Shown piece after piece: positions 45,290 through 54,812 of a stretch of DNA of 64,000 nt. The stretch spans positions 895 to 64,894 of the forward strand of contig JBGSTD010000065.1 in NCBI GenBank assembly GCA_041736675.1. The letters are read 5' to 3'. Made by a program: the position numbers and the translations under genes. Position 1 is the first letter of the stretch. Each line of letters opens with the position of its first letter. This stretch comes from Salaquimonas sp. GTDB taxonomy: Bacteria; Pseudomonadota; Alphaproteobacteria; Rhizobiales; Rhizobiaceae. The notes beneath the pieces were generated by a model. That model saw nothing but the letters and a program-made list of their open reading frames with translations, was not told the origin of the DNA and did no database searches.

Positions 45290-46567
45290 TTAAGCTACGT
45301 CGCGCCCAAATACAAGACAGGCATTTTGTCCGCCAAAACCAAAAGAATTGGAAAGGACAGTCCTGACCTCGGCGACGCGTTTCACATTTGGAACAACGTC
45401 GAGTGGAATTTCGGGATCCGGGGTATCATAATTGATCGTCGGCGGTATGACGCCTTCTTTCATTGTCAGGAAGGAAAACACTGCTTCAACAGCGCCTCCA
45501 GCGGTAAGAGTGTGGCCAATCATTGATTTGTTGGATGAAATCGGAACATTGTGGATTGCTTCGCCGAATACGGCTTTCAATGAATTATACTCCATCCTGT
45601 CGTTTTCCGGAGTAGAGGTGCCATGTGCGTTGATATAGTCCACGTCGCCGGATTCAATCCCGGCATCTTCGATCGCCTGGCGAATTGTGGTGATTGCCGG
45701 TTTTGCATCCGGGCTTGAGCGTGTGCGGTGGAAGTAATCGGCTTTTTCGCCAACGCCCTTGAGCACACCGATGATATTTGCTCCACGATTTACCGCGTGT
45801 TCAAGGGATTCGAGCACCAATGCGCCAGAACCTTCAGCCATAACAAAGCCATTGCGGTCTTTCGAGAAAGGACGCGAAGCACCTGCGGGATCATCATTGT
45901 GGGCTGAAAGCGCCGAAAGCAGGGAAAAGCGTATCAGGCCTTCAGCAGTCACCGAGCCGTCAGAAGCAACGCACAAGGCTGCTTTTGTTTCACCCCGGCG
46001 AATTGCTTCCATGCCCTGCTGGATTGCGGTTGCTCCCGAAGCGCAAGCTGTTGAGAGTGAAATCGGCAGGCCTTTGGTGCGATATTTATCCGCGATCCGG
46101 TAGGCTATGGTGCCTAACTGAACAAGGGAATGCATCTTTTCGTGTTTTTTGTCGCGCGCAGCCTGAAGAATTGCGTCATAGCCGGGTTCCATCGTCGGAT
46201 TTTCGGCCATCAGGGAGAACCGATGCTGCCATTCGAGTTCGACAGGTGGAGCGGCAAAGAAAAGCGGGCCGGGAAAACCATCAGTTCCAAATCCGGCTTC
46301 TTCAAGGGCTTCGCCAGCAGTTGCGTCGGCCATTGCATAGGATATCGCCGGCGCAGAAACCTCTTCGGCATCCATGAAATCGACAGTTCCTGCGATATAG
46401 GTATTCAGACCTTCAGTTGGAAAGCGTTTGACCTGCCTGATGCCTGATTTTCCCGCTGTCAGCGATTCCCAGTTGTCTTTCTTGCCTTTGCCAAGGGAAG
46501 TAACAACGCCCATGCCGGTTACAACAACAATCGGGCGGCCTTTGTGATCAGTATATGCAGTTGTCAT
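45290..46567 (-). CDS. fabF1XL: beta-ketoacyl-ACP synthase II-like, catalytically complete
   Basis: The Cys-His-His triad is present (STACASGATAI, NAHGTSTPEND, KSMIGHTLTAGG). Confidence 0.8.
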   Translation of the reverse strand: MTTAYTDHKGRPIVVVTGMGVVTSLGKGKKDNWESLTAGKSGIRQVKRFPTEGLNTYIAGTVDFMDAEEVSAPAISYAMADATAGEALEEAGFGTDGFPGPLFFAAPPVELEWQHRFSLMAENPTMEPGYDAILQAARDKKHEKMHSLVQLGTIAYRIADKYRTKGLPISLSTACASGATAIQQGMEAIRRGETKAALCVASDGSVTAEGLIRFSLLSALSAHNDDPAGASRPFSKDRNGFVMAEGSGALVLESLEHAVNRGANIIGVLKGVGEKADYFHRTRSSPDAKPAITTIRQAIEDAGIESGDVDYINAHGTSTPENDRMEYNSLKAVFGEAIHNVPISSNKSMIGHTLTAGGAVEAVFSFLTMKEGVIPPTINYDTPDPEIPLDVVPNVKRVAEVRTVLSNSFGFGGQNACLVFGRDVA

Positions 46568-46584
46568 GAAGGGACCTCTTTTGA

Positions 46585-47784
46585 TCAGGAAATTTTTTGG
46601 ACGTGGGCAAAGCCCTCGCCTCGATAGTGGCCAATGGAGCTGACCATGATGTCGGTAGGCGCCAGCTTTTCAGATTTCTCCGCTGCCTCGAAAGACGGGT
46701 AGAAACTGTTGTTGTAGAGCGCCAGTGCAGCAAGGGCTATTCCAAAGGGAAAGTTTGCCTCAACCGGATTGCCAATGATGCTGGTAAACGAACGGACAGG
46801 AACTTCCATACCCAGTTTGCTGCGCAAGGTTTCAAATTCCCAGTCGGTAATGTCCTTGCAGCCTGTACACCCACTAACAACCGCCAGCGTCGAGGCCGGT
46901 TTGACATCCAAATCCTCAATCAGGGCGCTCATGCGTGCTTTTGTGGACTCGCCATCGCGTGGGCCCAGATCAGAAGCTATAGCGCCCAGTTTTGCATAGG
47001 CTTTGGCACCGCGCGCTTTGGCGTGCTCGGCTGACTCAAGCACCAAAAACACACCCGCGGATCCAAGGATCATTCCGCCGCCGACGGCCTGTCTTTCCTG
47101 AACGGGAAGATTGGTGTCGTGAGCAATATAGTGGCCAAGTTCCATATTGAGAAACATGTCAGGGCGATGAGAATTGTAGGCACCACCTACGAGCAGGTGG
47201 GTACTTTGGCCGGATGCAATTCGGGAAATTGCATCACGAACGGCTGTAATTCCCGCACCTTCTTCACCCATATACGTACGTGATGAACCGGTTACCTTGT
47301 GAACAATCGAAATATTTCCGGCCATCAAATTTGAAAGTTGTGCCAAAAACAGGGTTGGCCGCAAATCCTGTGGAAGGCGCTCATTGAGGATCAAATCACG
47401 GTCGTTGCGTGATTTTGCTTCCTTCATGATATTTTCATCTGTTGCGATATCGCGCTCACCGCCGCCTGCGCAAACAACCAGATCCATGGTCATCACCAGG
47501 TCTTCCTGGTCTTTCATCCCTGCATCATCAAGCGCAAGTCCTGCTGCATAGGTACCCAGTCGTTGCCAGTTTTCCATCTGGCGCTGGTCCTTGCGCGGTA
47601 TTTGAAGTGCCCAGTCCATTTCAGGAAGAGGATGGATCGGATAAGGCTTGTAGGTCTCCATGTCGACTACAGGAGTAGGGGCCTTGTCGCCTCCAAGTGC
47701 CTGCCAATGGGTGTCTACACCTTCGCCAAGGCATGAAACGAGGCCGATGCCGGTGATCCAGACTTCTTTTGTATTTTCTGTCAT
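46585..47784 (-). CDS. fabF2XL: beta-ketoacyl-ACP synthase-like protein lacking the catalytic triad (chain-length-factor-like partner)
   Basis: It has the thiolase fold. My hand alignment to FabF puts Glu, Cys and Asn at the Cys, His and His positions (TYMGEEGAG, VSGCTGCKD, SIIGNPVEA). The start is taken at ATG 47784. Confidence 0.7.
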   Translation of the reverse strand: MTENTKEVWITGIGLVSCLGEGVDTHWQALGGDKAPTPVVDMETYKPYPIHPLPEMDWALQIPRKDQRQMENWQRLGTYAAGLALDDAGMKDQEDLVMTMDLVVCAGGGERDIATDENIMKEAKSRNDRDLILNERLPQDLRPTLFLAQLSNLMAGNISIVHKVTGSSRTYMGEEGAGITAVRDAISRIASGQSTHLLVGGAYNSHRPDMFLNMELGHYIAHDTNLPVQERQAVGGGMILGSAGVFLVLESAEHAKARGAKAYAKLGAIASDLGPRDGESTKARMSALIEDLDVKPASTLAVVSGCTGCKDITDWEFETLRSKLGMEVPVRSFTSIIGNPVEANFPFGIALAALALYNNSFYPSFEAAEKSEKLAPTDIMVSSIGHYRGEGFAHVQKIS

Positions 47785-47960
47785 GTCGTCTTCCAAAGTC
47801 GATTTGAATGCAGATCGACTCATTTGTGTGTAGTTGATTGTCTTTATAGGACCGATGTTCTTCTACTATCAATTATCCGTCAGATAAACACCCTTAAATC
47901 CTACCGATTTTTGTCTTTGCATATCCGGTCTGCGCGACCTAGAGTTTTTTATGAAAGCGG

Positions 47961-48416
47961 TCAAAGGTGGGTTTTCATGTCTGCAACTTGCCCTTTGATC
48001 AGGGTTTGCAGTGCTTCATTGGGAAAAGGCATGATGGTGAAAGTCAATTGCGCGTTGGCAACCCTTTTGCCGCCCGACCTGATTTCCGCCTTGGTCACCG
48101 CAAAGCCGGAGCCCTCGTGCTCGATCTCGGCCTTGATTTCCAGTTCTGTATTTGGGCCGACAAAGTCACGCAATTTGCCTTCCTTTACACCAGCCAGAAG
48201 CGGAATTTTAGTGAAGTCTATAGTGTGCATGATCAATATGCCTGAGCATTGAGCCATTGTTTCAATCATCAACACGCCGGGAACCAGGGGATGACCTGGG
48301 AAATGACCTTCAAAAACAGTGCTCGTTTCAGGGACAACAGAATTTGCCCGCATGATCTTTTTTTCCAGATCCACCTCCACAATCCGGTCGATCATCTGAA
48401 AATATTCAAGCTGCAT
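47961..48416 (-). CDS. fabZXL: 3-hydroxyacyl-ACP dehydratase (FabZ-like) of the acpXL cluster
   Basis: Motif: HFPGHPLVPGVLMIETMAQ. ATG 48416 has a GGAG SD; an alternative ATG is at 48434. Confidence 0.8.
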   Translation of the reverse strand: MQLEYFQMIDRIVEVDLEKKIMRANSVVPETSTVFEGHFPGHPLVPGVLMIETMAQCSGILIMHTIDFTKIPLLAGVKEGKLRDFVGPNTELEIKAEIEHEGSGFAVTKAEIRSGGKRVANAQLTFTIMPFPNEALQTLIKGQVADMKTHL

Positions 48417-48481
48417 TATCTTCTCCAATTCCAAAAAGGCGCGACTTCACGGGGTCGTGCCTTTCGTGTTCTTCCGTAAAT

Positions 48482-48506
48482 AACAAAACAGGCCCCGAGG
48501 GGCCTG
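48482..48506 (-). terminator. stem-loop with T-run after acpXL (partial terminator or attenuator inside the cluster)
   Basis: On the minus strand, CAGGCCCC..GGGGCCTG is followed by TTTTGTTATTT. Confidence 0.6.
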
Positions 48507-48591
48507 CCAAACTTTGTTTTGATCCCACGGTTTCTGCCGGAAATCGAACTGGAAAACCAATCGCAATTTGCGGGAAGACCGGCGATTGCCT

Positions 48592-48867
48592 TCAGGCTTT
48601 GGCTGCAACCAGTTCGTCGATTTTGGCTACAAGGTTTTTCATCACGAAGTATTCCTCGGTTGAAGCCTTGCCGTCATTGACCTGCTGAGTCCATGATTCC
48701 AATGGAATCTTAATGCCGAATTCCTTGTCCACAGCAAATACTATGTCAAGAAAGTCGAGGCTGTCGATTCCCAGATCGTCAATTGTGTGGCTGTCAGGTG
48801 TGATTTCCTCGCGTGGGATTTCACTGGTTTCCGAAATGATATCGGCTACTTTGTCAAAAGTGCTCAC
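48592..48867 (-). CDS. acpXL: specialised acyl carrier protein for lipid A very-long-chain fatty acid
   Basis: 91 aa, with the phosphopantetheine site [14 protein letters not shown]. It heads the conserved fabZ-fabF-fabF-adh-lpx cluster. Confidence 0.85.
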   Translation of the reverse strand: MSTFDKVADIISETSEIPREEITPDSHTIDDLGIDSLDFLDIVFAVDKEFGIKIPLESWTQQVNDGKASTEEYFVMKNLVAKIDELVAAKA

Positions 48868-49235
48868 TATGTGTCCTCATCAAGATCCGGGCTGCATACA
48901 AGGGGCCATTGACCACTTGCCGGCATGCCCAATTAAATGGCCGTTTGACCATAATTGCCCGTATTCATTGCAAACCAGTTTTAGCTGGTAATTTCAACGC
49001 AAAAAACAAGGTCCGGCATGTTCCACCACAAAAAAATGGTAGTAATTCCGAAATGCTCGCGCGGTGTTTAACTACCAAATCCGGAATTGTCTATAGAAGA
49101 AGCAGTGGAACAGCACAGGCACAGGTGCTAAGCACGGTTCAGGATGCGTTGGTTTTCGCGCGCGCAAACAGACAAGGTGAACGGATGTGACCGGATTGGA
49201 GGCATCCTGAGAATGGTAAAAGGCACGTTTCGGGT

Positions 49236-50480
49236 ATGAATTTCGGTAAATTCACGACAATATTACTCACTTTGATTGTTGCAGTTGGTTGTGCGATCAA
49301 ACCGGCCTATGCGGCCTGCATGACGCTCAACAATATCCAGTTGAATTTACGGCTTCCTGATTATCCGTTCTGGAAAATGGTTGCGGATGAAATGCAACAA
49401 TGCGGAAATGTCACTGCCAGTTTTGACTTTGACGCCCAAACAGTTGTTGTTGATTCTGCTGCACCAGACAAGGAATTGGGCTCGCTGGTCGGAGTTTCCA
49501 ATGCAAGCCTCTACCGTCTCAACAAGCAAAGGCTGTTGCGTCCACTTGATGACCTTGTCGAGAAGTTCGGTAACAAACTCGCAGAGCGCCAATTGATCCG
49601 CATTGACGGCAAGGTGGTAGCAATTGCGGTTGCTGCCAATACGCGGGCATTGATGGTTCATCAAGGACTATTTGCGCAGGAAAAGATCACAATTCCAGGC
49701 ACTTACGACGAGTTTTTGAATGCTGCCGACAAATTGAAAGGATCAGAACTTTACAAGAATTCGTTTTCTCTTGCCTTCAAGAGCGGCTGGAATCTGACGC
49801 AGGAGTTTGTGGATCAATATATGGCGGGAGGCGGGAAATGGCTTGATGGCGCAAATCTTCCGCTGATCTCGGGCGAAATTGGAGAAGCCACGCTCGAGCG
49901 GATAAAAAAGCTCTCCGGATATTTGAGGCAGGATTTTCTCGAAGCTGATTCGGCGCTGGTTCTGGAGGATCTGTTGAAGTTCAATGCACCGATGGCGGTC
50001 TTGTGGACTTCGAGTGCGGGGCCTCTGGACAATCCTGCCGTAAGCCGAGTTGCTGGAAAGATGTCCATATTGCCTGCGCCAGCGGTCGTGACGGGCGGCA
50101 AACCGGCTTCAACGCTTTGGTGGGACGGTTTTGCCATTCCAGTCAGCGCCACCCTTGAAGAGGCGGAAGCCGCCTTTATTACTGCACTTGAGGGACTTGA
50201 TAGAGAAATGCTGGAAAAATACCGCGATGATGCATTCTGGTTGTTAAAGGACTATGCCCCGACCAGATTGACTGAAAATGTTCTTGCCCAAATCGACAAG
50301 GATAATGGTGAGGGTATCATTCGTTATCCGGCAAGTGAAGCGACGGACCTGTTGCGCAGGGCATTGGGTGGTCCGGTCACTGATTTCATGGAAGGTAAAC
50401 TATCTGCGGCAGCTGCCTTGGGCCAGGCAGAAGCAGATTACCTTCGGGCTGCCCGTGAGCGGGGACTGATTGGTAGCTGA
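49236..50480 (+). CDS. extracellular solute-binding protein (family 1), orphan
   Basis: The signal peptide is MNFGKFTTILLTLIVAVGCAIKPAYA. At 414 aa it has SBP-like size and composition, but no adjacent permease or ATPase genes. Confidence 0.55.
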   Translation: MNFGKFTTILLTLIVAVGCAIKPAYAACMTLNNIQLNLRLPDYPFWKMVADEMQQCGNVTASFDFDAQTVVVDSAAPDKELGSLVGVSNASLYRLNKQRLLRPLDDLVEKFGNKLAERQLIRIDGKVVAIAVAANTRALMVHQGLFAQEKITIPGTYDEFLNAADKLKGSELYKNSFSLAFKSGWNLTQEFVDQYMAGGGKWLDGANLPLISGEIGEATLERIKKLSGYLRQDFLEADSALVLEDLLKFNAPMAVLWTSSAGPLDNPAVSRVAGKMSILPAPAVVTGGKPASTLWWDGFAIPVSATLEEAEAAFITALEGLDREMLEKYRDDAFWLLKDYAPTRLTENVLAQIDKDNGEGIIRYPASEATDLLRRALGGPVTDFMEGKLSAAAALGQAEADYLRAARERGLIGS

Positions 50481-50591
50481 GCCTTCCAGTTGCGGGAATT
50501 TGCTCCCCTGACTTAATTGGTAGGCCAAACCCGGATTGATCGGGCCAACATGCATTTCATTCAAGTTTTACCGCAAAATTCACTTGCCTTT

Positions 50592-50639
50592 TTTTCATGT
50601 AAATGAAAATATCGTTCAGAATTTCACGAAAGTGGAATT
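50592..50639. promoter_or_regulatory. two tandem imperfect palindromes TTTTCAT-GTAA-ATGAAAA and AATTTCAC-GAAA-GTGGAATT (candidate operators)
   Basis: Both share the TTTCAY-N4-RTGRAA architecture. Their centres are 29 nt apart, 40-90 nt upstream of the XRE-cupin regulator start. Confidence 0.5.
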
Positions 50640-50679
50640 GTGCAATGGGCTGTTGTTCTAGTGAAACGGGGGGGTGTTG

Positions 50680-51366
50680 ATGAATCAAGTGTCTGCCAAG
50701 CCTCAACACCGGAGGCCCGAATTGGATGCTCCCAAGGTCGGAGCTTCGCCTTCCGGACAAACTCGGAAGGCCGGGCAAAGTGAGGCCCAGATTGTCGACA
50801 TTGTGTCTCCAGCGGTGGAAACCCATGTCGGAGCAGACATCAGATCCTTGCGGAAGACCCGCGGCTTGACGCTGAGTGGACTGTGCGAAGCGCTTGGGCG
50901 ATCAGTGGGTTGGCTTAGCCAGGTTGAGCGAGGGCAAACTGACCCTTCCATCCCTGATCTCAAGGCAATCGCATCCATTTTTCAGGTGCCGGTCAGCTTT
51001 TTCTTTCGTCATGCTGATGCTCCGGAAAATGAACGTGGCTGGATTGTTCGTGCCAGTGCACGTGCTGCGATGGGGTCGTCTGAGGATGGTCTTAAAGAGG
51101 AATTGTTGTCGCCTGATATCAGCGGTGAATTTGAAATGATCCGATCGGTGTTTGCACCTGGCGCGGTGCGGCCGGTTATGCCGCCTCGTGATACGCAAGA
51201 TGGTGGTTATGTCGTTTCAGGTGAGCTTGAAATCACAATTGGCAGCCAAACCTATCTTCTTCGTCAGGGCGACAGTTTCCAATTTGACAGGCAACCCTAT
51301 GGGTGGCGCAATAATTACAGTGAGCCGGCTGTTGTGATCTGGATCATATCGCCGCCGATTTATTAA
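50680..51366 (+). CDS. XRE-family transcriptional regulator with C-terminal cupin domain
   Basis: The HTH_3 region reads IRSLRKTRGLTLSGLCEALGRSVGWLSQVERGQ. The cupin region reads GGYVVSGELEITIGSQTYLLRQGDSFQFD. ATG 50680 is preceded by GGGGGG. Confidence 0.8.
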   Translation: MNQVSAKPQHRRPELDAPKVGASPSGQTRKAGQSEAQIVDIVSPAVETHVGADIRSLRKTRGLTLSGLCEALGRSVGWLSQVERGQTDPSIPDLKAIASIFQVPVSFFFRHADAPENERGWIVRASARAAMGSSEDGLKEELLSPDISGEFEMIRSVFAPGAVRPVMPPRDTQDGGYVVSGELEITIGSQTYLLRQGDSFQFDRQPYGWRNNYSEPAVVIWIISPPIY

Positions 51367-51423
51367 AGTAAATTCAGGCGCATTGGTCCCTGAAAACAGA
51401 GTCAAAACAAAGAGGTAGACGGT

Positions 51424-53910
51424 ATGTCCAATGACGATAGCAAAGCATTTCCAAGCCATGCGAGGGTCGTGATCATTGGTGGTGGCGCGGTTGGAGCTTC
51501 AACGCTGTATCACCTAGCCAAGGCAGGGTTGAAAGACTGCGTATTGTTGGAAAAAAATGAGCTGACAGCTGGCTCGACCTGGCACGCGGCAGGCAATGTG
51601 CCAACTTTTTCGGCCTCCTGGTCGATCATGAACATGCAGCGTTATTCCGCCGAACTTTATCGCAAGCTCGGCGATCTCGTCGATTATCCTATGAACTACC
51701 ATGTGACAGGATCCTTACGTCTGGCGCACTCCACCGAACGTATGCAGGAGTTTGAGCGGGCTGTCGGAATGGGTCGCTATCAGGGCATGGCGATGGAAAT
51801 GTGCGGCGTCAGTGATCTCAAGTCGCGCTACCCTTTTTTGGAGACACATGATCTGAAAGGCGGGCTGTATGATCCTGCTGACGGGGATATTGACCCGGCG
51901 CAATTGACACAGGCACTTGCCAAGGGTGCGCGGGATATGGGTGCAAAAATATTCCGTTTCTGCCCTGCAACCGGACTGCGCAGAGAGGCAGACGAGTGGA
52001 TTGTTGAAACTGTAAAGGGTGATATCCGCTGCGAATATGTGGTCAATGCGGCAGGCTATTATGCGCAAAAGGTTGGCGAGTGGTTCAAGCCTTTTGCCTG
52101 CGAGGGAATGGCCCGTACCCTGCCGATGATGGTAATGAGCCATCAATATTTGTTGACAGATGAAATTCCCGAATTGCAGGCCTGGTCTCAGGAGCAGGGC
52201 AAGAAGCTTCCTCTGCTGCGTGATGTCGACTCTTCCTATTATCTGCGACAGGAAAAATACGGCCTCAATCTCGGTCCATATGAGAACAATTGCAAAGGTC
52301 ACTGGATGAGCCCGGATGATCCGATGCCGGATGACTTTTCATTCCAGCTTTATCCCGATGATTTGGAGCGGATCGAGTGGCACATCGAAGATGCCATGGC
52401 CCGGGTGCCAATTCTTGGTTCAGTGGGTGTCAACAAGGTTATCAACGGGCCGATCCCCTACACGCCGGACGGCAATCCGCTGATTGGTCCGGTTCCTGGG
52501 GTGCCCAACGCTTTTGAAGCCTGTGTTTTCACTTTTGGTATCTGCCAGGCTGGTGGAGCGGGCAAGGTATTGGCGGAATGGATCACAGAAGGCGCGACTG
52601 AGTGGGATATGTGGTCGTGTGATCCGCGTCGGTTCACAGCTTTCTGCGATCAGGACTATTGCAACAAGAAGGGTATGGAAGTTTACGGCAATGAGTATGC
52701 CATGCACTTTCCACATCATGAATGGCCTGCGGCACGCGAAAAGAAGCTTTCTCCGCTGCATGAGACACTCAAGGCAAGTGGTGCGGTTTTTGGAGCCTAT
52801 AATGGCTGGGAGCGCGCAAATTGGTATGCCAGTGAAACGGATGATGTTTCCGAGGAAGCGACCCATACCTGGGGACGAAAAGGGCCGTGGTACGACCGCG
52901 TGCGTGAAGAGTGTCTGGCGGTGCGCGATGAGGCGGGCATACTCGAACTTCCCGGATTTTCGCGGTTTGCAATCAGGGGCGAAAAGGCTGTCGAATGGCT
53001 GGAAACCCTGATTACCGGGTCGGTTCCAAAAGTTGGGCGCATGGGGCTAGGTTATTTTGCCGATGACAAGGGCCGGATTGTTACCGAGATGTCGCTTGCG
53101 CGCATCGAGGAAGAAGGAGTGCTTTGCATCACAGCAGCCACTGCTCAGTGGCATGACAAGGAGTGGCTCACCAGGCATTTGCCTGATGATGGCAGTATCA
53201 CTCTCAAGGATGATACTGACCTTTACACGACGTTCATTGTTTCCGGCCCCCATTCGCGACAGATATTGAAGCAATGTTCTTCAGCCGACCTGACTTTGCC
53301 ATGGCTTTCGCTGCAGCGTGGAACAGTTGACGCTCATGATGTCATGTTCCTGCGCGTGTCTTTCGCAGGCGAACTGGGTTGGGAAATTCACTGCCGCAAT
53401 GCTGTTGCGGGTGAAGTCTATGATGTATTGATGGATGCCGGCCGGAAATACGGACTGAAACCGTTTGGCATGTATGCTCTCAATTCACTGCGCCTTGAAA
53501 AGGGCTACAGAACCTGGAAAGGTGATTTGTCCACTGATTACACCATTCTGCAGGGCGGTCTTGGCCGGTTTGTAAAATGGTCAAAGCCTGATTTCAAGGG
53601 CAAGGCAGCGCTTGAAAAAGAACGTCAGGAAGGGCCAAGAAAGCGCTTTGTAACCCTGGTAGTTGATGCAGGTGAACATGATGCGCCTTATATGTCGACC
53701 TTGTGGTATCGGGGAGATGTTGTAGGTGAAACAACCTCGGGTGGCTGGGGCCACCGGATCGACAAGTCCATCGCGCTTGGCATGGTGCGGACCGATCTTG
53801 CCAGCCCTGGAACAGAGCTTGAAGTTGAGATCTACGGCGAACGGTTTGCAGCAATTGTACAGGAAGACAAGCCATTGTTTGATCCTGAAAACGAAAGGCT
53901 GCGGGCATGA
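51424..53910 (+). CDS. dimethylglycine/sarcosine dehydrogenase-family protein (FAD plus GcvT domains), paralog 2
   Basis: 828 aa. Motifs: RVVIIGGGAVGASTLYHLAK, GSTWHAAGN and the GcvT region VSFAGELGWEIH. Confidence 0.85.
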   Translation: MSNDDSKAFPSHARVVIIGGGAVGASTLYHLAKAGLKDCVLLEKNELTAGSTWHAAGNVPTFSASWSIMNMQRYSAELYRKLGDLVDYPMNYHVTGSLRLAHSTERMQEFERAVGMGRYQGMAMEMCGVSDLKSRYPFLETHDLKGGLYDPADGDIDPAQLTQALAKGARDMGAKIFRFCPATGLRREADEWIVETVKGDIRCEYVVNAAGYYAQKVGEWFKPFACEGMARTLPMMVMSHQYLLTDEIPELQAWSQEQGKKLPLLRDVDSSYYLRQEKYGLNLGPYENNCKGHWMSPDDPMPDDFSFQLYPDDLERIEWHIEDAMARVPILGSVGVNKVINGPIPYTPDGNPLIGPVPGVPNAFEACVFTFGICQAGGAGKVLAEWITEGATEWDMWSCDPRRFTAFCDQDYCNKKGMEVYGNEYAMHFPHHEWPAAREKKLSPLHETLKASGAVFGAYNGWERANWYASETDDVSEEATHTWGRKGPWYDRVREECLAVRDEAGILELPGFSRFAIRGEKAVEWLETLITGSVPKVGRMGLGYFADDKGRIVTEMSLARIEEEGVLCITAATAQWHDKEWLTRHLPDDGSITLKDDTDLYTTFIVSGPHSRQILKQCSSADLTLPWLSLQRGTVDAHDVMFLRVSFAGELGWEIHCRNAVAGEVYDVLMDAGRKYGLKPFGMYALNSLRLEKGYRTWKGDLSTDYTILQGGLGRFVKWSKPDFKGKAALEKERQEGPRKRFVTLVVDAGEHDAPYMSTLWYRGDVVGETTSGGWGHRIDKSIALGMVRTDLASPGTELEVEIYGERFAAIVQEDKPLFDPENERLRA

Positions 53911-54812
53911 GCAGGCAAATCGTTCTTCTCGACGGTGGCATGGGGCAGGAACTGATTCACCGCTCAAAGCAGCCTCCTTCGCCGTTATGGTCTGCGAAGG
54001 TGATGATGGATGAGCCTGAGATAGTGCGCGACGTGCATTGCGAATATATCGAGGCTGGAGCAAAAATCCTTACGCTTAATTCGTATTCGGCAACACCCGA
54101 ACGCCTGGCGCGCGATGCGAGTGAAGCGCTTTTCAAGCCGTTGCAGGCCAAGGCAATCCAAATCGCCAAAGAGGCGATTGGTGGACGTGATGTCAGGATT
54201 GCCGGCTGTTTGCCGCCGCTTTATGGCAGCTATCATCCGGAATTTGCTCCGGAGTTTGACATTTGTCTCGACACATACCGTCGGATTGTCACTGAGCAGA
54301 AAGACCATGTAAATCTGTTTTTGTGTGAAACACTATCCTCCATCAAAGAGGTTAGAGCCGCGGTTCGTGCGGCTGTGGAGAGTGGCAAGCCGGTCTGGTG
54401 CGGAATGTCGGTGAAAGACGAGGACGGAACCCGTCTTCGCTCCGGCGAACGTTTGGCAGAGGCTGCAGCCATAGCAAAAACAGAAGGTGCAAGTGCCGTA
54501 ATAATCAACTGCTCGTGGCCTGAAGCGGTAACCATGGGGCTCGGCGAGTTGGTGTCTTGCGGTCTGCCGTTTGGCGGTTATGCGAACGGATTCACCAAAG
54601 CGGACAATCTGAAAATCGGCACCACAGTTGCGAACCTTGCCGCGCGAACCGACCTCGGTCCTGACGCCTATGCGGCTCATGCGATGAAGTGGATTGATGC
54701 AGGGGCAAGTATCGTTGGCGGCTGCTGCGAAGTAGGGCCGGCTCATATAAAACGCCTTGCAGAAGTTATCAGAGAAAACGGGTTTTCCATTTCGGGAGCA
54801 TTGTATGTCTAG
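53907..54812 (+). CDS. homocysteine S-methyltransferase-family protein (MmuM/BHMT-like), paralog 2
   Basis: Motifs: LLDGGMGQEL, ILTLNSY, IINCSWP and GGCCEVGPAH. It has an ATGA overlap with the upstream gene and no basic tail. Confidence 0.8.
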   Translation: MSRQIVLLDGGMGQELIHRSKQPPSPLWSAKVMMDEPEIVRDVHCEYIEAGAKILTLNSYSATPERLARDASEALFKPLQAKAIQIAKEAIGGRDVRIAGCLPPLYGSYHPEFAPEFDICLDTYRRIVTEQKDHVNLFLCETLSSIKEVRAAVRAAVESGKPVWCGMSVKDEDGTRLRSGERLAEAAAIAKTEGASAVIINCSWPEAVTMGLGELVSCGLPFGGYANGFTKADNLKIGTTVANLAARTDLGPDAYAAHAMKWIDAGASIVGGCCEVGPAHIKRLAEVIRENGFSISGALYV

